Positions 10,427 to 20,310 of a DNA stretch of 64,000 nucleotides are shown piece after piece. Positions within the stretch are counted from its first letter, which is position 1. The number at the start of each line of letters is the position of its first letter. The notes under the pieces were generated by a model that was given only the letters and a program-made list of their open reading frames with translations, did no database searches and was not told where the DNA came from. The DNA is from an uncultured bacterium (GTDB lineage Bacteria; Chloroflexota; UBA5177; JANWHV01): assembly GCA_963827235.1 (NCBI GenBank), contig CAWHAE010000012.1, positions 96,001 to 160,000 of the forward strand. Direction: 5' to 3'. The position numbers and the translations under genes were made by a program.

Positions 10427-12244
10427 GTGTCGAAGCAGCATTGGTGGGCTCGTATCGTCTGGCGGCTAACCCACCGTCTCCACTATCGTCTCCTCTCGGC
10501 GATAGTGCTGCTGGTGCTGTTGCAGACCGTGCTCTGGGCCGTTCTTTCCCTGTCGATCGCCACGCCGATCGCACGCGACCAGGCGGTGCAGGACCTCACC
10601 GATCTGGTGCAAAGCGCCGGCGGGCGCGTCGACCGGACCATGAGCACGGTCGATGGCCTTTCTCTGCAGATCGTCGTCGACACGTCGGTGCAGAGCACGT
10701 TGCAGCGGGAGGCGCAGGGCATCGCGATCAACTACTACAACCAATCCGACAATTCCCCCGTCGAGAATGTGATCGCCCGCGCGCTCTCCTGGACGGATCT
10801 CTCCTCCCTGAAGATCGGGGTGCTCGGACCACGTCGAGCCACATACGGCGAGCCGCCTGCCATGGGCTGGCACCTGAACGTCGACCCGCAGTTCGAGGCG
10901 GCTCTCGCGGAACATGATCAAGCCAGCCTTCTGCGCTGGACCGCACCCTATCTGAGCACACAGCCCTCGGATAACCATACTACCCTCTGGGTGGCGGCAG
11001 TACGGCCCGTGCTCGACTTCCAGACACTCAAGAACATCGGGATTGCCGTGACGGAGCTACCGGTCAGCCAGCTCGGCCTGGAGTTGCCTGCCACATCTCC
11101 CGCCGGGCACCGTCAACTCGCTCTCTTCAGCTCAAGCGGGCGCCTGATCTTCGCCACGACCGCCAACGTGCCGGTGGGGCCGATAGGGGCGCAGCTCGAG
11201 GCGCGGACGAGCGGCGACGTGATCTGGCAGGGCCAGCGGTACGTTATGGTCACGGAGCGACTGCAGCACGCTGGTTGGATCGCGGTCGGTTTCGTCCCCT
11301 GGGCCGACGCGAATCTGATCGTCACGCAGATAGAACGCACGATCGGCGCTGCCGCCGTCGTCGAGTTGTGCCTGGCAATCGCCATCGCCTGGCAGGTGTC
11401 GCTGCAGATCAACCGCCCTCTGCAGCGCCTTCTCACCGGTATCCGGCAGGTGCGCACGGGGCAATGGTCGGTCAGCGTGCCGGTAACGCCGCCGGACGAG
11501 ATTGCAGAGCTGAGCACGAGCTTCAACGCCATGGCCGAACAGATACGCCTCACCATGGCGTCGCTGGAAGAGACGAAACGGCGAGAGCTGAACGCGCGGC
11601 TCGAGATGTTGGGTGGGCAGATCAATTCGCACTTCCTGTTCAACGCGCTCGAGGTGATCACCTGCGTCGCCTACACCGAGGGGCCGGAGGCAGTGACCCG
11701 GGTGGCTGTAGCCCTGGGCAAGCTTCTTCACTACACGCTGGACACCCACGAAGGCCTGGCGAGCGTGGCGGAAGAGGTCAAGCAGGCCGAGAACTATCTC
11801 CTGATCCAGAGCGAACGATTCGAGGACGTGCTTTCCTACCGTGTGGACGTCGACCCGGCCGTGCAGACCGTCGTCATGCCGCGCTTCTCGCTCCAGCCGC
11901 TGGTGGAGAACGCGGTGAAGCACGGCGTGTACCCGGCGAACCGCGCCTGTACCATCACCGTGCGCGCGTACCGCGACGCCGATCACGTCGTGGTAGAGGT
12001 GGAGAACGACGGCGTCGACATTCCGGCGGCCCGGGCCGTGGAGCTGGCGGAGGGCCTGCGGGCGGAATCCGCCACGGCGCTGGGCATTGGGCTCATGAAT
12101 GTACATCGCCGCCTGAAGCTCCACTTTGGCTCCAGCGGCGGCGTGGAGATTGATGCGCGCACGGGGGCCACGATCGTGCGCATCCGTTTGCCGATCGCCG
12201 GGCCAAAGGAGATGCACGATGTATCACCTGCTCATGGTGGATGA
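10427..12244 (+). CDS. YesM-like sensor histidine kinase (Cache, HAMP, His_kinase)
   Basis: Two TM segments, HAMP (DEIAELSTSFNAM), QINSHFLFNAL, LQPLVENAVKHG, GIGLMNV. Confidence 0.9.
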   Translation: MSKQHWWARIVWRLTHRLHYRLLSAIVLLVLLQTVLWAVLSLSIATPIARDQAVQDLTDLVQSAGGRVDRTMSTVDGLSLQIVVDTSVQSTLQREAQGIAINYYNQSDNSPVENVIARALSWTDLSSLKIGVLGPRRATYGEPPAMGWHLNVDPQFEAALAEHDQASLLRWTAPYLSTQPSDNHTTLWVAAVRPVLDFQTLKNIGIAVTELPVSQLGLELPATSPAGHRQLALFSSSGRLIFATTANVPVGPIGAQLEARTSGDVIWQGQRYVMVTERLQHAGWIAVGFVPWADANLIVTQIERTIGAAAVVELCLAIAIAWQVSLQINRPLQRLLTGIRQVRTGQWSVSVPVTPPDEIAELSTSFNAMAEQIRLTMASLEETKRRELNARLEMLGGQINSHFLFNALEVITCVAYTEGPEAVTRVAVALGKLLHYTLDTHEGLASVAEEVKQAENYLLIQSERFEDVLSYRVDVDPAVQTVVMPRFSLQPLVENAVKHGVYPANRACTITVRAYRDADHVVVEVENDGVDIPAARAVELAEGLRAESATALGIGLMNVHRRLKLHFGSSGGVEIDARTGATIVRIRLPIAGPKEMHDVSPAHGG

Positions 12245-13502
12245 CGAGCCGAAGGTACGCTGGCGCGTACAGCACATGGTCGACGGTTTCGAGCTGGACT
12301 GGGACTGCACGAGCGCCGGACACGGCGGCGAAGCGCTGGACATTCTCGAAGACGGTGGCATCGACCTCGTCGTCACCGACATTCGCATGCCGACCATGGA
12401 CGGCCTGGCGTTCCTGGAGGAGCTGCGTGGACGCGGCAACCGAACGCTGGTGGCCATGCTGAGTGCGCACACGGATTTCGCCTACGCGCGGCAGGCCCTG
12501 CGGCTGGGGGCGCTCGACTACCTCGTCAAGCCGCTCGATGCGCCCGACCTTCGCAACGTGCTGCTTCGAGCGGCACAGATACTTGCCGTCGAGGTTCCCG
12601 GCAGCCAGGGTAGGGATCAGGAGGGTGCCAACGGCGATCTCCTGAGAGTTCGGCTGCTGATGGAGCTTCTCGAGGGGCATCTTCCAATCCACGATTGGCA
12701 CGCGCGGGCGGGAGCGCTGGGCATCGACGCGGTGGCCGGCCGCGTGGTATCCGTGGGGTACGAGCAGGAAGCGCACGACGCCGTGAATCAGTGGGTTGAA
12801 GGGCTGCAGAGACTGATCGCGCACGACCAGGCGGTGCTGAGCATCGTGTGGGATCGGACTCAACTCTCGCTCGTGCTCCTGGCCCGCTCCAACGCAGGGC
12901 CGCCGGGATCGAGCACGACCGGCTTGACGAGCTCGCCCGCCGCGCGGGCTATCTGCGCATGTCCGGTCGAGGGCGCGCAGGTGGGTGCCGGCAGCGTCTG
13001 TGCGATCGACCAGCTCCGGTCCTCGTATCTGGAGAGCTTGCGGGACCTGCACGAGCATGCGGGCCCCGGCTCCGGCCGGCCGCATGCATCCTGTTCGTCG
13101 CGCCCGGCCGGCGCCGTCTCCGCCAGCGCCCAGCACGCCGTAGAGCAGGCCTGCGCCTGGCTTGCCACGCACTACGCGCAGACCGTGACGCTGGCCGACA
13201 TCGCGCGCGCGGTGCACTTCCATCCGAAGTATCTCTGCGCGATATTCCCGGCCGTCACCGGCCGGAGCTTTGGCGAGTACCTTGCCGCCGTCCGCGTCGA
13301 GCGCGCGAAGAGCATGCTGGTTGAAAGCTACATGCCCTGCCACGCCATTGCCGAGGCCGTGGGCTACCAGAACGAGCGCTGCCTGGCGCAGGCCTTCCGG
13401 CGGCTGGCAGGGATCACGCCCACGGAGTATCGCCAGGCGCACGCCGCGCGGGCGGATCTGCTCGTAGCGAGCGGCGAGCCGATCGAAGACGCCCGATCAT
13501 AG
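12219..13502 (+). CDS. YesN-like response regulator (REC plus AraC HTH)
   Basis: MVDDE, TDIRMP phosphoacceptor, DYLVKP. C-terminal AraC double HTH (HFHPKYL...FRRLAGITPTEYR). AAGGAG RBS. Confidence 0.9.
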   Translation: MYHLLMVDDEPKVRWRVQHMVDGFELDWDCTSAGHGGEALDILEDGGIDLVVTDIRMPTMDGLAFLEELRGRGNRTLVAMLSAHTDFAYARQALRLGALDYLVKPLDAPDLRNVLLRAAQILAVEVPGSQGRDQEGANGDLLRVRLLMELLEGHLPIHDWHARAGALGIDAVAGRVVSVGYEQEAHDAVNQWVEGLQRLIAHDQAVLSIVWDRTQLSLVLLARSNAGPPGSSTTGLTSSPAARAICACPVEGAQVGAGSVCAIDQLRSSYLESLRDLHEHAGPGSGRPHASCSSRPAGAVSASAQHAVEQACAWLATHYAQTVTLADIARAVHFHPKYLCAIFPAVTGRSFGEYLAAVRVERAKSMLVESYMPCHAIAEAVGYQNERCLAQAFRRLAGITPTEYRQAHAARADLLVASGEPIEDARS

Positions 13503-13855
13503 GGCATGCTGTCGCTCGCCGGCACACCTGACCTCGAGTGCCTTACTCCCAATGACACAATCTGACTTCGCAACGTTGTGCTCGGTTCCGACCTGACCTA
13601 CAGTATCCTCACTGGAGCCCGCGCCTCGCCGACGCCGCGAATGGCGGCCGTGAGGGTCCGGCACTCGGTACCGAGAGAGCGAGCGGCGGTCGCTCCAGTC
13701 GCCGGCTCGCCGGGACAGCATGACGAAGAGGTTCCCTGGGAAGGAGGCGCTCGATCGAGGAAGATCAGCCTGACCCGATGGCACAGCCCGCCGTCTGGGG
13801 GGCTGTCATGGTGCCAATATCGGTCATTATGCGTTCATTTGCAAGGAGCACACCT

Positions 13856-15190
13856 GTGAAGAATCGATTGCGCGCTGCCCGCGTCGCCGGTGCGTTGACA
13901 TTGCTGTTGGCATCGCTTGCATATACCGCGACTCCGCCGGCCTCGGCTGCCGGCCAGGTCACCATAAAGCTGACCACATGGGACACCCCTGGGCCGATCG
14001 AGAAGGCGGTCAAGGTCTACGAAGCTGCCCATCAGAACGTCACGGTGCAGGTGACCCAGATCCCCTATACCCAGTACCTGACTCGCATCAACACGCTACA
14101 GGTGTCGGGATCGATCCCGGACATCTACGAGCTCCAGGAGTACAATCCCCCCGTCTACGGCGCCAAGGGCGTCTTGCAGCCGCTCGATTCCTACCTGAAG
14201 GCCGATCTCACCTCTGCGGACATGGAGCCGCAGGCGCTGCTGCGCTCCAACGGCAAGACCTGGGGTATCGCCGGCGGGCTCGCGACCATGGCGCTGTACT
14301 ACAACAAGGCGCTGTTCCAGAAGGCCGGCGTCACGCCGCCTCCCACTGATCCGGCTCACCCGTGGACATGGGCGCAGTTCGTGTCGGCGGCGAAGAAGCT
14401 GACTGTCGATGAGAATGGGAAGCATCCCGGAGACGCCGGGTTCGACGCCAACAAGATCAAGGTCTACGGCACGAACGAGCAGACTGGGTGGCTGTACCTC
14501 CTGCCCATGGTGCGCTCGGCGGGCGGCGGCTTCTTCAGCAGCGACGGCATGAAGATCACGCTGACCAGCGCGGCTTCGCAGAAAGCCCTGCAGGCCATCG
14601 CCGACCTCTCCCTGGTCGATCACGTGGCGCCGAGCGCCAGTCTCTCGGCATCTTTCCCGGCGGCGGCAACCATGCTGATCAACGGTCAGATGGCGATGGA
14701 CTATGACGGCACATGGAACCTGGCAACGTTCAGCGCGGCGAAGTTCAGCCCCGGCATCGCGGCGATTCCAGAGTTCGCCAAGCCGCAGAACAGCGTCTGG
14801 GGCGCGGGCTACGTGATCAGCAAGAACTCGAAGAACCCGGCGGTGGCCTGGGACGTGCTGCACAGCATCCTCGCCACTGCCACCTTCTACAAGGAAGGTG
14901 GCAATCTGCCTATCTTCAAGTCCTGGTACACGGACGCCGCCAAGATCGCCCTGTGGACGAATCCTGCCGTGCAGCCCGCCGGCTTCATGTCCGTGGTCCA
15001 GGGCACGGTCAACAATACGACGATCGGTATCCTCGGGGAAAACGTCTGGGTGAAGAACTTCGGCCAGATGATGGACAACTACGTGACGCCCGGACTCGAC
15101 GGCGTGTGGACCGGACATTCGACTGTCTCCGATGCCACGGCCACGGTCTCCAAGCAGGTCCAGTCTCTGCTTGCCGGTGCCTGGAAATAG
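13856..15190 (+). CDS. Carbohydrate ABC transporter substrate-binding protein
   Basis: Signal peptide, LYYNKALFQKAG, PWTW, GQMAMDYDGTW. GTG after AAGGAG. Confidence 0.9.
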   Translation: MKNRLRAARVAGALTLLLASLAYTATPPASAAGQVTIKLTTWDTPGPIEKAVKVYEAAHQNVTVQVTQIPYTQYLTRINTLQVSGSIPDIYELQEYNPPVYGAKGVLQPLDSYLKADLTSADMEPQALLRSNGKTWGIAGGLATMALYYNKALFQKAGVTPPPTDPAHPWTWAQFVSAAKKLTVDENGKHPGDAGFDANKIKVYGTNEQTGWLYLLPMVRSAGGGFFSSDGMKITLTSAASQKALQAIADLSLVDHVAPSASLSASFPAAATMLINGQMAMDYDGTWNLATFSAAKFSPGIAAIPEFAKPQNSVWGAGYVISKNSKNPAVAWDVLHSILATATFYKEGGNLPIFKSWYTDAAKIALWTNPAVQPAGFMSVVQGTVNNTTIGILGENVWVKNFGQMMDNYVTPGLDGVWTGHSTVSDATATVSKQVQSLLAGAWK

Positions 15191-15212
15191 CCTGCAGTCG
15201 GGCAGAGAGGTG

Positions 15213-15261
15213 GGGCCGGAACCGTTCTCCGGCGCCGCGAGACGGCGCGGGGTTCCGGCCC
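15213..15261 (+). other. Intercistronic stem-loop after the substrate-binding protein gene
   Basis: GGGCCGGAACC...GGTTCCGGCCC with inner GCGCCG/CGGCGC. This position is typical of mRNA-stabilising or attenuating hairpins in sugar ABC operons. Confidence 0.55.
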
Positions 15262-15373
15262 GCCCTCCGCAACGGTGGGCGGCGCCCTGCCGCCCTGGCG
15301 GCCGTCCCGGCGGACGCAGCTTGTGCCGCGTCGTCATTGCCACATACGGCCCGGATCGAGTGGGAAAGACAGC

Positions 15374-16342
15374 ATGAAGGTGACACCGTCGCCGGCCGGA
15401 GGCGATTCTGCCGCGGCTGTGCAGCGCTGGCTCTCGCGTGCGGCAGTGCGGCGCAATCTCTGGGGATACCTGTTCATCGCGCCGGCAATCTTGGGCTTCA
15501 TTCTGTGGACCGCCGGACCCATGATCGTTAGCCTGGTGCTGAGCTTCACGCAGTGGGACATGCTGTCGGATCCCCGCTGGATCGGCTTCGACAACTTCCG
15601 CACCATGCTCACCGGCACCGATCCGCTGTTCTGGCAGTCCGTCCAGGTTACCGCCGTCTACACGGCGCTCACCGTACCCCTGGTGGCGGTCGTTGCCAGC
15701 CTCGGGCTCGCCATGCTCTTGAATCGCCGGATGCACGGTGTAGGGCTGCTGAGGACGGTCTTCTATATGCCGAACGTCGTTCCTCTGGTAGCCAACGCCG
15801 TGCTCTGGGCCTTTCTCTACGGGCGCGACAACCCGCAGTGGGGACTGCTCAATCAGATCATCGGCTATCTCGGCATTCCGCCGCAGCCATGGCTGCTCGA
15901 TCAGGGCCAGGTCATACCGTGCATCGTGTTCATGACCATGTGGTCGAGCTCGGGCGCGGCCATGATCATCTACCTGGCAGGGTTGCAGGGTATCCCCGAG
16001 CAGTTGTACGAGGCAGTGGCGATCGACGGCGGTGGCGCCTGGGCACGGTTTCGCCACGTCACCTTCCCGATGATCACGCCGCTCGTGTTGTTCAACGTGG
16101 TCCTGACGTTTATCGGTTCGGTGCAGGTGTTCGTGCAGCCGTACATGATGACGAACGGCGGTCCCGGGAACAGCACGCTGTTCTACATGCTCTACCTGTA
16201 TCGCAGCGCCTTCCAAAACCAGGCAATGGGCTACGCCTGCGCGATGGCCTGGGTGCTGTTCATCGCCGTGGCGGTGATCAGCGGGCTCGTCTTCTGGTCG
16301 TCGCGGTGGTGGGTCTACTACGAGGGAGACATCAGAGGCTAG
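15374..16342 (+). CDS. Carbohydrate ABC permease 1
   Basis: EAA loop LYEAVAIDGG, IYLAGLQGIP, MGYACAMAW. Confidence 0.92.
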   Translation: MKVTPSPAGGDSAAAVQRWLSRAAVRRNLWGYLFIAPAILGFILWTAGPMIVSLVLSFTQWDMLSDPRWIGFDNFRTMLTGTDPLFWQSVQVTAVYTALTVPLVAVVASLGLAMLLNRRMHGVGLLRTVFYMPNVVPLVANAVLWAFLYGRDNPQWGLLNQIIGYLGIPPQPWLLDQGQVIPCIVFMTMWSSSGAAMIIYLAGLQGIPEQLYEAVAIDGGGAWARFRHVTFPMITPLVLFNVVLTFIGSVQVFVQPYMMTNGGPGNSTLFYMLYLYRSAFQNQAMGYACAMAWVLFIAVAVISGLVFWSSRWWVYYEGDIRG

Positions 16343-17208
16343 TGGCAGCGATCAGTAGTACTCGCCGGTTCGATCGGCACAGCGTGGGCCGCATCGCGGG
16401 GCGAATCGTGTTCTACGCACTCATGGCTCCACTCTGCCTCGCGTTCCTCTTCCCGTTTCTCTGGCTGGTGCGAAGCTCGTTCATGACTCAGGCCGAGATC
16501 TTCACCATGCCGGTACAGTGGCTCCCGCGTCAGTTGCTGTGGTCGAACTTCTCGGATGCGTTCAACTATGCGCCGTTTGGGCTCTACTTCCGAAACACCT
16601 TCATGATCGAAGCGTTGAATATCGCCGGCACGGTGTTCAGTGCGAGCTTCGTCGGTTTCGGCTTCGCGCGCATTCAGTTCTGGGGCAAGAACGTGCTCTT
16701 CACGATCCTGGTGGGCACCCTGATGCTGCCGAGCGTCGTGACACTCATTCCCACGTTCATCATCTGGCACCAGATAGGTGCCATCAACACGTACTATCCC
16801 ATGTGGGTGCCGGCCTTCTTCGGCAACGCCTTCTTCATCTTCATGGTGCGGCAATTCTACATGACGATTCCCCGCGACTATGACGAGGCGGCGCTGATCG
16901 ACGGAGCGAGCTACTTCACGATCTACTGGAAGATCGTGCTTCCACTATCCCGGCCCGCGCTCGTAGCCGTAGCCATGTTCACCTTCCTCCAGGTCTGGAA
17001 CGACTTCCTCACGCCGTTGATTTACCTCAACGACACGGATCTCTACACCGTCGCCTTGGGCCTTCAGGCGTTCGTGGGGCAGTACAACACACAATGGAAC
17101 CTGCTCATGGCAGCCTCTACGGTGACGGTCCTTCCCGTGGTGATACTCTTCTTCCTTGGCCAGCGTTTCTTCATCCAGGGCGCGACGCTGAGCGGACTCA
17201 AGGGCTAG
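16342..17208 (+). CDS. Carbohydrate ABC permease 2
   Basis: IPRDYDEAALIDGA, WNDFLTPLIYL, FIQG. GTG overlaps the upstream stop. Confidence 0.92.
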   Translation: MAAISSTRRFDRHSVGRIAGRIVFYALMAPLCLAFLFPFLWLVRSSFMTQAEIFTMPVQWLPRQLLWSNFSDAFNYAPFGLYFRNTFMIEALNIAGTVFSASFVGFGFARIQFWGKNVLFTILVGTLMLPSVVTLIPTFIIWHQIGAINTYYPMWVPAFFGNAFFIFMVRQFYMTIPRDYDEAALIDGASYFTIYWKIVLPLSRPALVAVAMFTFLQVWNDFLTPLIYLNDTDLYTVALGLQAFVGQYNTQWNLLMAASTVTVLPVVILFFLGQRFFIQGATLSGLKG

Positions 17209-17211
17209 CAC

Positions 17212-18528
17212 ATGGAAGAGATGATGTTGAGCGCGGATCGCGGTACCGCCCAGGCACGGAGCCTCATCCAGCCGGCCACGCTGTTGTCGCCGGATCTCGA
17301 TTTCGATGCTCGGGATCGGGCTATACTCCGGGAGCTCGCCGCCGAAGCGGCCGAGCTCGCCCGGCGGCCTATCGAGCTGGAGAAACGAGAGCTATGGCGC
17401 CGGCATAACGCGCTGGAGCGCACCCGCCCGATAGTCTACGTCTCGCCGGAAAACGCCTGGAACGAGATCTTTCCACCCGCATCCCTGCGCTGCAAAGAGA
17501 CCGTGGCGCGAGAGTGGGAGATGCGCCTGCGGCAGCAGGTGTTCTACGGCCGGCACATGGGCGACGATTACGCCATCTTCCCCTTCTTCGGCGTGGATTA
17601 CGTGCGCGAGGAGCCGGACTGGGGACTCTCCCCGCGGCGCGTGGGAGAAGCCGGCAACGCGGCCTACACCTGGATTTCGCCCATCGTCTGCGCCGAGGAT
17701 ATCGAAAGGCTGCATCCGCCGATCGTGCGCGTGGATTTCCAGGCGACCAGGCACCTGCTCGCTCTGGCAGGCGACATCTTTGCCGACGTGCTGCCCGTGC
17801 GCGTGGTGTCTCGCTGGCCCGGCTCGGTCGGGCTGACACGAGCTCTGGTAGACCTGCGCGGCATGGAGCAGGTGATGTTCGACATGGTCGACGCTCCTGA
17901 CATGCTGCATCGCCTGATGGTGCTGTTGCGGGACGGCACGGCGGCCCTGCTCGACGCCTTCGAGGCGGCGAAGCTGCTGGATCTCAATAACGACGGGAGC
18001 TACGTCGGGTCCGGCGGCCAGGGATGGACGGACGAGCTGCCGCGTCAGGACTACGCGGGTGTGCCGCGGTTGTGCGACCAGTGGGGCTTTGCCGACAATC
18101 AGGAGACGGTGGGCATCTCGCCGCGCATGTTCGAACGCTTCATCGCCCCGTACGTGGCAACGCTGATGGATCGCTTTGCACTCAACTGCTATGGCTGCTG
18201 CGAGCCCCTGGAAAAGCGCTGGCGTGTGGTCGAGCAGCTTCCCCGGTTGCGTCGAATCTCCGTCCCGCCGGCCTCCGATCGCCGGCAGATGGCGAACGCG
18301 CTCGAGGACCGGTATATCTACTCGATGAAGCCGAGCCCGACCGATCTGGCGATGGATACCTTCGATGAGGATCGCATTCGGATCGATATGAGGCACGATC
18401 TCGAGGTGACCAGGGACTGTTGCCTCGAGATCATCATGAAGGATACGCACACGATCCGCGGCGATCCCGGCAGACTGCTGCGCTGGGTGCACATCGTGCG
18501 CGAGGAGGTGGACGCGCTATGGCGATGA
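17212..18528 (+). CDS. UroD/MetE-like fold protein of unknown function
   Basis: LRGMEQVMFDMVDAP, QETVGISPRMFERF, YGCCEPL, IIMKD resemble uroporphyrinogen-decarboxylase-family proteins. Confidence 0.65.
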   Translation: MEEMMLSADRGTAQARSLIQPATLLSPDLDFDARDRAILRELAAEAAELARRPIELEKRELWRRHNALERTRPIVYVSPENAWNEIFPPASLRCKETVAREWEMRLRQQVFYGRHMGDDYAIFPFFGVDYVREEPDWGLSPRRVGEAGNAAYTWISPIVCAEDIERLHPPIVRVDFQATRHLLALAGDIFADVLPVRVVSRWPGSVGLTRALVDLRGMEQVMFDMVDAPDMLHRLMVLLRDGTAALLDAFEAAKLLDLNNDGSYVGSGGQGWTDELPRQDYAGVPRLCDQWGFADNQETVGISPRMFERFIAPYVATLMDRFALNCYGCCEPLEKRWRVVEQLPRLRRISVPPASDRRQMANALEDRYIYSMKPSPTDLAMDTFDEDRIRIDMRHDLEVTRDCCLEIIMKDTHTIRGDPGRLLRWVHIVREEVDALWR

Positions 18529-19280
18529 TGAGCTTCACGCTTCAAGACCACGTCGCGCTTGTCACGGGTGCCTCGAGAGGACTCGGCGCCGCCATCGCGC
18601 GGGCGCTGGCGGAGGCAGGCGCGCCCGTGGTCGTGAACTACGTGGCGAACGCTCAGGGCGCCGACGCCGTGGTCTCCGGCATCGTCCGGGCCGGCGGGCG
18701 CGCACTGGCTATCAAGGCAGACGTCTCCGATGAGAAGGCCGTCAAAGTCATGTTTGCTCGGGCCGAGCAAGCCTATGGCCCGGTCGACGTCGTGGTGAAC
18801 AACGTTGGCCGCGAGGAAGCGATGGCGGCGCCGTTCGACCTCACGCACGGCGACTATCAACGCATGCTGGACCTGAACCTCCACGCCGTGGTGAACACCT
18901 GCCGCGCCGCTTTCCCGGCCATGGCGGCCCGGCATTGGGGCCGCGTGATCAACATCTCATCGATGGAGCTGCATCGTCCGGGTCCCGGGTTCTCGGCGTA
19001 CGCGGCCGGCAAGGGCGCGATGGTGGCTCTGTCGCGCAACCTGGCGCTCGAGCTTGGTCCCTCCGGTGTGACCGTTAACGTCGTGTCTCCCGGCTGGATC
19101 GTGGTCGAGCGGCATGCCGAGGTGCTGCCGGAAGCGATTGCACGCCTGGTGGCGGAGACGCCGCTGGGCTTCAAGGGCCGACCGGAGCACGTTGCCGGTG
19201 CCGTGCTGTTCTTCGCTTCGCCCCTGGCGGATTTCGTGACCGGCGCCGACCTGCCGGTGGCGGGCGGCCACGGACTCTGA
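18519..19280 (+). CDS. SDR family oxidoreductase
   Basis: TGASRGLG, NNVG, YAAGK catalytic motif, VSPGW. Confidence 0.92.
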   Translation: MAMMSFTLQDHVALVTGASRGLGAAIARALAEAGAPVVVNYVANAQGADAVVSGIVRAGGRALAIKADVSDEKAVKVMFARAEQAYGPVDVVVNNVGREEAMAAPFDLTHGDYQRMLDLNLHAVVNTCRAAFPAMAARHWGRVINISSMELHRPGPGFSAYAAGKGAMVALSRNLALELGPSGVTVNVVSPGWIVVERHAEVLPEAIARLVAETPLGFKGRPEHVAGAVLFFASPLADFVTGADLPVAGGHGL

Positions 19281-19482
19281 CACGGCAGCAGCCTGACTCC
19301 GGCTTAGCCTGAGCAGCAGCACCACGATCACTTGGTTCTTCCCACGCGGCAGCTACACGCTGAGCATGAGCGTAACGGTCGGGAGTGGCGACAGCGCATG
19401 CGCAAGAGCGACGGTCACCGTCGTGTAGGTGCGGCGAGTCGGGGTCATTCCGGAGATCGATCCATCGGGACTGCCGGGTCGC

Positions 19483-19881
19483 TCAGCTCGCGAAGAGGCT
19501 GAGCACGGCCGAGTTGGCCTGGCTGGTCTGCTGAAGTGCGCCGAGACTGGCCTGAAGCTGTGTGGTCCGGTCGGCGGTCGACGTAACGCCCGAGGCGCTC
19601 GACGAAGCGTTCACCGCCGACATGAACTTGACCGCCGTGGAGAGTCCCTGCGCGGCGCTGCTTTGCTGGGCAGTCGAGGTAGCGGCATTCGCGGCGGATC
19701 CCGTCATGAGGCTTCTTGCCGCGCCGGAGATCGTGACGCGGGTTGCCGGACCGGTCGCCTGCTGCGTAGCGACGGACTGCTGGGACGCTGCTTGCGTCGT
19801 CTGCTGGGCGACGGAGGACGATTTCTCCAGGCTCTTGGATGTCCCGCCGGATAGGACGCTGTTGCTGTTCGATACGTTCAT
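19483..19881 (-). CDS. Small Ser/Ala/Thr/Gln-rich protein with flagellin-like C-terminal helix
   Basis: GAGG RBS, coding-like codon usage. Ends TQLQASLGALQQTSQANSAVLSLFAS. Confidence 0.6.
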   Translation of the reverse strand: MNVSNSNSVLSGGTSKSLEKSSSVAQQTTQAASQQSVATQQATGPATRVTISGAARSLMTGSAANAATSTAQQSSAAQGLSTAVKFMSAVNASSSASGVTSTADRTTQLQASLGALQQTSQANSAVLSLFAS

Positions 19882-20175
19882 GCCCAGGTCCTCGTCTCGT
19901 CATCGCCGCCAGCTCCTCAGGAGGGCGGCAGATCTTCGCTGTGGCCGATCGGACAAATCATAGGTGCAGCCGTGTACGATGGGCAATGGTACCTTCGGAT
20001 AGCCCAACAGGGCGTGCGCTCCGCTGGTCCGGGCGGCGTCACCTGCTGATCGCCGCCCTTGAGCTACCGCACCATCGCCGAACCGGTCCTGCGTCCGCTG
20101 GGATACCCCCGGACGGCGACGCAGCGCCTGCCGGTCGCCTCTGTTAATCCCGGCTAACAGGAATAATAACCGACG

Positions 20176-20205
20176 TTGACGTATATCCGAGTGCCAGGAT
20201 AAGAT
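20176..20205 (+). promoter_or_regulatory. Sigma70-type promoter for the FTR1 gene
   Basis: TTGACG-N18-TAAGAT in an AT-richer patch about 105 nt upstream of the start. Confidence 0.5.
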
Positions 20206-20310
20206 ATCACTGCTGCCCGTGCGGTCCTTCGCGCTGGGCAGGCGCGACGAGAGCAGGGAGCGCGCCGCGGGCCTCGAGCGACTGGACAAAGAGGGGAGCT
20301 GTCTCACCGC

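Noticed and set aside
15553-16341. 551-aa version of the second sugar permease
   Set aside because: The upstream part overlaps permease 1 out of frame. The true start is about 16342.
19900-19990. Possible sigma28 promoter for the flagellin-tail-like gene
   Set aside because: Only a weak CCGAT match and no TAAA at the correct spacing.
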